NCBI GenBank assembly: GCA_029785215.1
Contig: JAFMAB010000003.1
Coordinates: forward strand, 9,430 to 73,429
Direction of reading: 5' to 3'
Length of the DNA stretch: 64,000 bases
Source of the DNA: Nitrososphaerota archaeon
GTDB taxonomy: Archaea; Thermoproteota; Nitrososphaeria; Nitrososphaerales; Gagatemarchaeaceae
A program made the position numbers and the translations under genes. Below, in pieces: positions 46,719 through 53,990 of this stretch (within the stretch, counting starts at the first letter, position 1; each line of letters starts with the position of its first letter). The notes under the pieces are model-generated. The model was given only the letters and a program-made list of their open reading frames with translations. It did no database searches and was not told where the DNA came from.

Positions 46719-47750
46719 ATGGGCGTAGACTTCGGCGACGCCGTACCGAGAGAGAAGATCCAGCTCGAGGACATCGCCGGGTGGAAGCTCGCCGTCGACG
46801 GGTACAACACCCTCTACCAGTTCCTTGCCATCATCCGCGGGATGGACGGCGGCCACCTCAAGGACAAGCAGGGACGGGTCACTTCCCACATCTCTGGGCT
46901 CTTCTACAGGAACGTCAACCTGCTGGAACTTGGCATGAGGCTTGTCTATGTGTTCGACGGCCGCCCCCCCGAACTCAAGATGGAGGAGATCAGGAGGCGT
47001 TCTGAGCAGCGGAGGGAAGCCAAGGACCAGTACCTCCGCGCCCTCCAAGCGGGTGAGATGACTGAGGCGAGGAAATATGCGGAGGCCTCCACGGTCCTCA
47101 GGAGGGAGATGGTCGCCGACGCGAAGGAGCTCCTGGACGCGATGGGGATACCATGGGTGGATGCCCCATCCGAAGGCGAGGCCCAAGCGTCGGTCATGGC
47201 GATCGAGGGGACAGTGAACGCCGTGGCATCCCAGGACCACGACTCCATCGTATTCGGGGCGCCCGTCCTTGTGCGCAACGTCACAGTATCGGGCAAGCGA
47301 AGGCTCCCGAGCAAGGGAATCGTGATCAACGTGGTCCCGGAGCGGATAACCCTCAAGGATGCGCTGACCGCCACAGGGCTGTCCAGAGAGCAACTGGTCG
47401 ACTTCGCGATCCTGCTCGGGACCGACTTCAATCCTGACGGGTTCGCGGGGGTAGGGCCGGCCACGGCTCTCAGGTACCTTGGGAAGTATGGCAGGCTGGA
47501 GGAAATCAAGGAGCTCGCAGGCCCCCTGCAGGAGGTCAACTACCAGGAGATTCGGAAGCTTTACCTCGACCCTCCCTCAATCAAGGGGGTGCGCCCCGAG
47601 TGGAAGCCTCTCGACAAGGAAAGGGTTGTGTCCTTTCTGGTCGGGGAGCACTCCTTCTCCCGAGACAGGGTCGACGCCGCCATAGCGCGGGTGCAGTCTT
47701 CGAGTGTCGACTCCTCCAAGACGGAGACCCTAGAGAAGTGGTTCGGCTGA
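46719..47750 (+). CDS. fen: Flap endonuclease 1
   Basis: MGVDFGD N-terminus, AVDGYNTLYQF, DGRPPELK and PSEGEAQAS motifs. ATG 46719 is preferred to GTG 46701, with an A/T box at 46687-46696. Confidence 0.9.
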   Translation: MGVDFGDAVPREKIQLEDIAGWKLAVDGYNTLYQFLAIIRGMDGGHLKDKQGRVTSHISGLFYRNVNLLELGMRLVYVFDGRPPELKMEEIRRRSEQRREAKDQYLRALQAGEMTEARKYAEASTVLRREMVADAKELLDAMGIPWVDAPSEGEAQASVMAIEGTVNAVASQDHDSIVFGAPVLVRNVTVSGKRRLPSKGIVINVVPERITLKDALTATGLSREQLVDFAILLGTDFNPDGFAGVGPATALRYLGKYGRLEEIKELAGPLQEVNYQEIRKLYLDPPSIKGVRPEWKPLDKERVVSFLVGEHSFSRDRVDAAIARVQSSSVDSSKTETLEKWFG

Positions 47751-47778
47751 GCCGCTCTGAGCCGGACTTCCTGCCTCT

Positions 47779-47788
47779 ACGTTTATCA
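47779..47788 (+). promoter_or_regulatory. BRE/TATA-like box ACGTTTATCA upstream of the thioesterase gene
   Basis: Lies 25-34 nt upstream of TTG 47813. The same ACGTTTAT core recurs at 32817-32824 and 40312-40319. Confidence 0.45.
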
Positions 47789-47812
47789 ACTTCAGCCGGA
47801 GTTCGTCCTTAG

Positions 47813-48301
47813 TTGGCGAAGTCGAAGGCCAAGGGGCCCGCGGAGTCCGAAATGACCACCGCCAGACTCATGATGCCGACCGACGCCAACGTGCTGGGGA
47901 ACGTCTTCGGGGGGGCAATCATGAGATACATGGACGAGATAGCGGCTATCGTCGCCTGGCGCCATGCAGGCAAGAACGTGGTCACAGCTTCCATCGACAG
48001 AATGAACTTCTACGCCCCCGTCTTTGTCGGCGACCTCCTGATACTCAAAGCGGCAGTGAACTATGTCGGTACCACTTCGATGGAGATCGGAGTGAGGCTC
48101 GAGGCCGTGGACCCGTCCACCCGCAAGGGGACGCACACCGGGTCCTGCTACCTGACCTACGTGGCGCTGGACGAGAAGGGCAAGCCGACCCGCATACCGC
48201 CACTCAACCCGGTGACCAGCATTGAGAAGAAGCGGTTCAACGAAGGCCTCGCAAGGCGGAGGCTCCGAGAGGCTACCCAGGCTGTAATGGACAGCAACTG
48301 A
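47813..48301 (+). CDS. Hotdog-fold acyl-CoA thioesterase (YciA-like)
   Basis: MPTDANVLGNVFGGAIMRYMDE...VTASIDRMNF pattern. Confidence 0.8.
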   Translation: MAKSKAKGPAESEMTTARLMMPTDANVLGNVFGGAIMRYMDEIAAIVAWRHAGKNVVTASIDRMNFYAPVFVGDLLILKAAVNYVGTTSMEIGVRLEAVDPSTRKGTHTGSCYLTYVALDEKGKPTRIPPLNPVTSIEKKRFNEGLARRRLREATQAVMDSN

Positions 48302-48371
48302 GATGCACCCCTCTTTTGATTCCAGGCTCAACAAAACTAGAGCATCCTGCACATAGGGGCGACTGCCCCAC

Positions 48372-48740
48372 GTGCGGCTGTTGCGCGACATCTCTGAGGG
48401 CTTCGGGGCAGGCAAGATGAGAAGCGGAAACGCGGCGGTCTATCAGCTGAAGGAGCAGTTCGAGAAGTTCCCCTCCTCCCCGCACAAAGTCGAGGCCTGC
48501 GAGTCCATCGCGGTCTGCTTCCTCCAGCTCGAACAGTACGCCGACGCGGGCGGCTGGTACGCGACGGCGGGGCGGCTGATACTCTCGGAGCCGAGCGCAT
48601 CGCCGGCGGTCAGGGCGCTCGGCGCTCTGTTCGAGTACGAGAAGGCCCTGTACTGCTACCGGGAGAGCGACGACGAAGAACGAATCGCCGAGTGTTCCGT
48701 CCTGGTCCACGAGCTCAGGCGGGAATGCGCTTCAGCCTGA
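48372..48740 (+). CDS. Hypothetical helical protein
   Basis: 122 aa from a GTG start, with no recognised motif. Its 3' end converges on and overlaps the zinc-ribbon frame on the minus strand by 9 nt. Confidence 0.3.
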   Translation: MRLLRDISEGFGAGKMRSGNAAVYQLKEQFEKFPSSPHKVEACESIAVCFLQLEQYADAGGWYATAGRLILSEPSASPAVRALGALFEYEKALYCYRESDDEERIAECSVLVHELRRECASA

Positions 48741-48889
48741 GTCCCGTCGCTCGTCTTCCTCTGCCTTCGCCTGCATCCTATTGGCCGTCTTCACGTAACA
48801 CTCTTCGCAGACAGGCTCGTCCCTCGGTCCGACTTTGAATGTGTGCAACGCCACTTCGAGCTCGGTGTCGCAGAAGTAGCACTTCGGCT

Positions 48890-49180
48890 TCAGGACACCC
48901 CTCCCCTGGCCGCATACACCCTCCTCCTGACTAGCTCCCCTCTCCCCTTATAATGCCACACCTCAGCGTCTCCGTTCGCGTTCTTCCCCCACTCCGCAAG
49001 CACCCCGAGCTCCTCCTTGGTCGCCCTTGCCCTCCCGCTCTTGACCTGAACCAGCAGGACCTTGCCATCCTTGGCTGCGAAGACGTCGACGGCCCCGTGG
49101 GAAGCGGCGCTCCTGGATACCATCCAGCCCTCCTTCTTCAGCTTCGACATTGCCTGGTACTCTCGAGACCTGCCCTTCAC
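48890..49180 (-). CDS. PD-(D/E)xK nuclease, Holliday-junction-resolvase (Hjc)-like
   Basis: KGRSREYQ...GWMVSRSAASHGAVDVFAAKDGKVLLVQVKS fits the E...D...(V/E)K Hjc core. GTG 49180 is preferred although the ORF is open to 49318. It may continue into the zinc ribbon at 48732-48947. Confidence 0.5.
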   Translation of the reverse strand: MKGRSREYQAMSKLKKEGWMVSRSAASHGAVDVFAAKDGKVLLVQVKSGRARATKEELGVLAEWGKNANGDAEVWHYKGRGELVRRRVYAARGGVS

Positions 49181-49520
49181 ATAGTTGCTATTCAGGTGGA
49201 GCCAGCTCCGACAAGTGCATGGGTTCTGCTTTCGAACCACTGGCTGGAGTTGACTGGTATTTGGGGAAATCGGGCTGAACATGTGGACGCTGCAGGCTGT
49301 CTTGGCCATGGATGCCATGCCTGTGCTCCGTGGCCGTCAATGTGTACACTCTCGATTCACGCTGATTGAACTCGCCGGCTGTCGCAGGCGAAGCACAGAC
49401 CGAGAGGCAGATAAAAGCCAACCCTGACGGCCCCCCGCGAGCCGACCGGAGGACGCTAAAACTGCGCGCACCCGAGGCTGGCCACCTGGCAGACTTAAGA
49501 CGCGACGGTTTCCACCCCAG

Positions 49521-50153
49521 TTGAGCTTGGAAGCGGTAATACGTTCCCTAAAGGCGACGGAGGTGAGATTCTCTGAGCAGCTTGAGCGTCGTGACAGGGT
49601 CATCAAGGGGAGCAGGGATGTCATCTCGGCGTCCTCACGGGCGATTATATCTGTCCATCTGGGAAAGATCAAGGACGGTGAAAGAGAGCTTTCGAGGGCG
49701 AAGTCGCTGCTGAAAGAGCTCAAACAGGGCACAGACGGCTCCTTGTCGAGGTACATCATCTCCCCTGAAACCGAGGTGGTGGAGGCCTCCGTCGTAATCT
49801 CGCTCGTGAAGGGGAAACCAATCCCTCCGATGGAGAGCATCGACTCCTCCCCAGAGGCCTATCTGCTCGGACTTCTTGACTCGGTGGGGGAACTGAAGAG
49901 GCTGGTGCTAGACTCGATCCTGGGGAGAGACCTCAAGGGCGCAAAGAAGTACTTCAAGGTCATGGAGGACCTCTACGCTGCGTGCTCCCCCCTCGCCGTC
50001 TATGACCATGTCGTGAACGGGGTCCGGAGGAAAATCGACGTGGCACGGATGCTCGTCGAGGACACCAGGGGCCTGCTCGCCGAGGAGATTGGCCGGAACT
50101 CTGTCAGCAGCTCCATGGCGCGGCTGGAGAAGAAGCTCGGGCGTCCGACTTAG
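49521..50153 (+). CDS. Translin-family protein (COG2178)
   Basis: Helical 210 aa with the LLGLLDSVGELKRLVLD and VRRKIDVAR pattern. Confidence 0.65.
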   Translation: MSLEAVIRSLKATEVRFSEQLERRDRVIKGSRDVISASSRAIISVHLGKIKDGERELSRAKSLLKELKQGTDGSLSRYIISPETEVVEASVVISLVKGKPIPPMESIDSSPEAYLLGLLDSVGELKRLVLDSILGRDLKGAKKYFKVMEDLYAACSPLAVYDHVVNGVRRKIDVARMLVEDTRGLLAEEIGRNSVSSSMARLEKKLGRPT

Positions 50154-50749
50154 AAGTCCTTCAGCAGTCTGCTCGTCTTGATGTCTGGGTAGGGGGAGTC
50201 GAGGCGCACTACCTTGAGCTTCATTCCTCTCTGGGCCGCCTCCCTCGCGATTTCCTCCTCCATGTGATACTGGTCGTAACCTAGGGCGACCACGTCGGGA
50301 CCCGTCCTCTCGAGTGTGAGGTAGATGTCCCCCTCGACTCCTAGTACGGCGGCGTCGACGTACCTGAGGGCCGAGAGAAGCCTCGCCCTGTCCCCCTCCC
50401 CAACGAGGGGTTCCCGGTTCTTCCTCTTCCTGATCGTACTGTCCCGGGCGACGGAGACCACGAGCGCGTCTCCCAGACCCCGGGCCTTCTTTATGGTGTA
50501 CAGATGCCCGTAGTGAATCACCTCGAAGCCGCCTCCTATGAAAACGACCTTGATCGCCCTCCTCCCGCGGGGAGTCAGCTCGGCTCCCTTACCCCCGAGT
50601 CTCACCAGCCCGAGCCTCGACAGCTTCTCGAGTTCGCCTCTTGCTTCCTTCGGCCCAAGACCGAGCCTCGCAGCGAGCCCCCTTACCCCCGCGTTCCTCC
50701 CGGTGACCCGCAACGAATACACGGCGGCGAGGACCCTCTTACTGTTCAT
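50150..50749 (-). CDS. Cytidylyltransferase-fold protein (FAD synthase RibL-like) with N-terminal winged-helix domain
   Basis: GGGFEVIHYGHLYTIKKA (GxFxxxHxGH) and the SVARDSTIRK core. About 70 N-terminal residues look like a wHTH. Confidence 0.65.
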   Translation of the reverse strand: MNSKRVLAAVYSLRVTGRNAGVRGLAARLGLGPKEARGELEKLSRLGLVRLGGKGAELTPRGRRAIKVVFIGGGFEVIHYGHLYTIKKARGLGDALVVSVARDSTIRKRKNREPLVGEGDRARLLSALRYVDAAVLGVEGDIYLTLERTGPDVVALGYDQYHMEEEIAREAAQRGMKLKVVRLDSPYPDIKTSRLLKDF

Positions 50750-50752
50750 CTG

Positions 50753-51793
50753 TCACCAGTCTATCTTTGCCACGCCTGCGAACGCCAGGGAGTCCAAAAG
50801 CCCTTCGGCGTACCCGATGCTCAGCATGGCCATCTCATCCTCTCCATTGGCCAAGAAGCTCTCGGCGTCTTTCACGTAGAGCTCCGCGTTCTCCACAACG
50901 TGCTCGTACTGCGCGCTCAGCTTCGGTTTCAACGTCCCCAGTGCCTTCCTCGTTTTGGCCACGTATCTCGGGACCAGCACCTGAGCGGTTTTGAGCACAC
51001 CATCCGAGTTGCTCCTGACATCCCTATCCGAGAGGGCGAATATGGCCGCGACAGCTTCGACCTCGGAGAAGTGCAGCCGTCCCGGGATTATGACGCTGTG
51101 GGGAGGCTCTCCATACTCAATCTTGGAAAGTTCACCAATGCTCCCGGCGGCTGGCTTGTATCCTTCGCGGCCGAGCCTCGAAAGAACGATGGCGAACGTC
51201 TTCTCAGACACCACCCCGCGCTTGAAGTTCGCCTCGGCCAGTAGCAGCCCTGCCATGGCGGCCCCTGGGGCCACCCCGTCTCCGCTCTGGGCATCGTATT
51301 CGAGTAGGAGAAGGGTATGTGCACCCTCCAGCAGGTTTGAGTGGATGATGTGGTAGGCTTGGGTCAACTTCCCCACTGACTCCCTTGTCACAGTGACAGT
51401 CCTGGAGAACTTGTACGAATGCAGCCCGCTTTCACTGGCGGCCGCGGAGGCTATGGTCGCCGAGTGCACGACGCGGCTCTCGATTCCCTTTTTGATGGCC
51501 CTCGCCCTGAGCTCGTTGTGGGTGGTTGCTATCATCGGGTCTCCCAGCGTCGCTAGCGCGACGCTCTTGTTCGCCGCCTCATCCAGTATTCTGCTCCCAC
51601 TCTCAACGAATTCCCTATCCACGACTGTCAGTTCCTTCCCTGTGGCCTTCGCAATCTCCCTTAGAAGGGCGGGCTCATGGGGCGTAGTGTAGTATTCGAG
51701 GTATACGACATCGGCAGCCTTCAGCTCATCGATTGCTTCTAGTGATGCTCCCCTAGGCCCGAGGCCCAGTCCGACAAACGCGAGACGGCCCAT
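50753..51793 (-). CDS. dph5: Diphthine synthase with C-terminal DUF357-like extension
   Basis: LAFVGLGLG...VVYLEYYT tetrapyrrole-methylase N-terminus. At 346 aa it is longer than the 255-265 aa I recall for archaeal Dph5, and the tail contains MLSIGYAEGLLDSLAFAG. Confidence 0.8.
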   Translation of the reverse strand: MGRLAFVGLGLGPRGASLEAIDELKAADVVYLEYYTTPHEPALLREIAKATGKELTVVDREFVESGSRILDEAANKSVALATLGDPMIATTHNELRARAIKKGIESRVVHSATIASAAASESGLHSYKFSRTVTVTRESVGKLTQAYHIIHSNLLEGAHTLLLLEYDAQSGDGVAPGAAMAGLLLAEANFKRGVVSEKTFAIVLSRLGREGYKPAAGSIGELSKIEYGEPPHSVIIPGRLHFSEVEAVAAIFALSDRDVRSNSDGVLKTAQVLVPRYVAKTRKALGTLKPKLSAQYEHVVENAELYVKDAESFLANGEDEMAMLSIGYAEGLLDSLAFAGVAKIDW

Positions 51794-51914
51794 GGGTCTG
51801 CCCGACGCGGCCCATTATATCAATCCAGATTGGCTTCGTGGGGCGCACGTCTCCTGCTATGATGCGTCGACCGCCTATCAGGTGTCACTTGGCTGGTCGA
51901 TGGCATTGGGAACC

Positions 51915-51924
51915 CTTTTAATTC
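51915..51924 (+). promoter_or_regulatory. TATA-like box CTTTTAATTC upstream of tRNA-Lys
   Basis: Lies 25-34 nt upstream of the mature tRNA 5' end at 51949. Confidence 0.45.
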
Positions 51925-51948
51925 TGGCCAATCGGCCGCACCTTCGGT

Positions 51949-52064
51949 GGGCCCTTGGCTCAGCCAGGTTAGAGCGGCTGGCTCTTAGCTAGCTGTGGGA
52001 GTCACCAGCATGCCGTGGGAGGCGCTAAAGTCGCCCGCGAATTCGAATCCCACAGGGCCCGCCA
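51949..52064 (+). tRNA. tRNA-Lys(CUU) with two introns (16 nt at 37/38, 22 nt in the T-arm after position 53); CCA encoded
   Basis: Hand fold. Acceptor GGGCCCT/AGGGCCC; D-stem GCUC/GAGC with G18G19. Anticodon stem GCUGG/CCAGC with loop CU-CUU-A...A. T-stem GUGGG/CCCAC with loop UUCGAAU. Discriminator G, then CCA. Confidence 0.8.
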
Positions 52065-52171
52065 CCACACCTTACACAAGTCCACAATTCTGCAGGTGGT
52101 CCCACATCTTCCAAACCTGAGAATCGTCACGTTGCCTTATTAGCCCAACTCCGTGGCGCAGACTTCGACAA

Positions 52172-53658
52172 TTGTCGCTCAAGACAGGGAGGACGGCGAA
52201 GTTCCCGTTCCCAAAACTGGACGCCGAGGCTAGGACGGGGAATTTCGAAGTCCAGCTTCCCTACACCATGGAAGAGGCCATGGAGGAGGCCAGCCGGTAA
52301 GTCACCTGCGGGAATCCGGTATGCATGGACGTGTGTCCGCTCCAGACGGACATCAGGGGCATGTGCGAAGCCGTGTCTAGGGGGGACCGGGCGACCGCCT
52401 ACCGCAGGATACGCGAGACCAATCCTCTTCTGGGGACCACGGCCCGCTGCTGTCCTCAGCTGGATAGTCTCTGTGAGACCGCCTGCGTCATCGAGACCAG
52501 AGGAGAACCTGTGGCCTCGAGGATGATACAGCGCTTCGTTGCCGACTGGGAGAGGGCCGTGTCCAGGCAGCCTGACCCCGTCTCGAGGCCTCCTTCCGGC
52601 AGGAGAGTCGCGGTGATCGGAGGGGGCCCTGCAGGGCTGGCCGCGGCGGAGCTGCTCACGAGGTTCGGCCATTCAGCGACCATTTACGACGAGCTCTCCA
52701 ACCTGGGAGGGACCGCTTGGTACGGGATTCCGGACTATCACCTCCCCAAGGACGTCCTCCGCTACGAAGCGGCCAGGATAGTGGGCATGGGTGTAGATGC
52801 GATTACAATGATGAAGGTCGGCAGGGATGTCATGTTCGACGACCTCCGGGCAGACTACGACGCCGTGCTCATCGCCACGGGGGCCAAGGATGTGCCGAAG
52901 CCCGACACCCCCGGGTCTGACCTGAAAGGCGTCTACGACTGGTACAAGTTCCTCGAGGACGTCTTCATTGACGGGGTCGACAGGTACCTAAACGACCCGA
53001 AATATGAACTCGGCAAGCGCGTCCTTGTCATAGGGGGAGGGGACAGCGCATTGGACTGCGCCCGGACCGCCCTGAGGCTGACGGGGGGCGAGGTCACTAT
53101 GGTCTATCGTAGGACGGAGGCGGAGATGCCGGTCGACAAGATACTGATCGAAGAAGGGAAGGAGGAGGGGCTCCGGCTTAGGTTCCTGCTCTCCCCGAAG
53201 GAGTATTCAGGAGAGGGGGGAGGGTGACCAAGGCGGCCATGTCGATGATGAAGCTAGGCGAGGTCGACGCCTCCGGGAGGAGGAGCCCTGTACCAACCAG
53301 CGAGACGATAGACCTCGAGTGCGACTCGGTCATCGTCGCCGTAGGCCGCGGCCCGAACTCGTTCATCGGAAAGCTGGCCGGGCTCAAGTCTGGTCGTAAG
53401 AGTGGGATTGCTGTCGACGACAGTTCCATGACCTCGCTCCCGGGCGTGTTCGCGGCGGGGGACGTGGTGACGGGGGAGACCTTGGTCGTGGAAGCTATGG
53501 CCAAGGGGAGGGACGCTGGCCAGAGGATTCACGAGTATCTGCTTGGGCTCGAGACCAGGCACGTCTCTCTCTATGATTGCTACTTCACAAGACGGACCAC
53601 CGGGTGGTACTACCGCAAGATGATGGACGGCAAGGACGAGGCCCCACCCCCCGACTAG
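52172..53658 (+). pseudogene. GltD/PreT-like NADPH-dependent FAD/Fe-S oxidoreductase, interrupted (in-frame TAA plus frameshift)
   Basis: Collinear with E. coli GltD from memory. TAA at 52298-52300 sits where the first Cys of RCLSCGNP is expected (EASR*VTCGNPVC). The frame breaks at the G-run at 53215-53220, and one extra G restores ...GEGGRVTKAAMSMMKLGEVDASGRR. Confidence 0.6.
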
Positions 53659-53794
53659 CCCGTCCTCCCCCGGCGACCCCTCCGCCCATGAAGTGCCGTC
53701 TGGGGGTCCTGATTCGACAGTTGTCAAACTTCCCCCCCATGCAACTCGGCGTTCGCTAAATCTTATATCAGCTCCTTGTACGGAGCCCTTGCGC

Positions 53795-53989
53795 GTGAAG
53801 TCGAAAGATGCCGTGGCTGGCATACTGATCGCGATTCCGTTCCTTGTGTACTTCGCCATCCCAACATACAATGTGGTGAACCCGTTGTGGGGGGGAGTTC
53901 CTTTCTTCTGGTGGTATCAGACCGTCTGGCTTGCCATCAGCGCCGTATTCTTCTTCATCGCGGCTTTGTTACTAGGGAGGAAGGGCTGA
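53795..53989 (+). CDS. DUF3311-like small membrane protein (symporter accessory subunit)
   Basis: Two TM helices with a WWY motif (PFFWWYQTVW). Its stop lies 1 nt before the symporter start. GTG 53795 lies 26-37 nt after an A/T box. Confidence 0.5.
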   Translation: MKSKDAVAGILIAIPFLVYFAIPTYNVVNPLWGGVPFFWWYQTVWLAISAVFFFIAALLLGRKG

Positions 53990-53990
53990 C

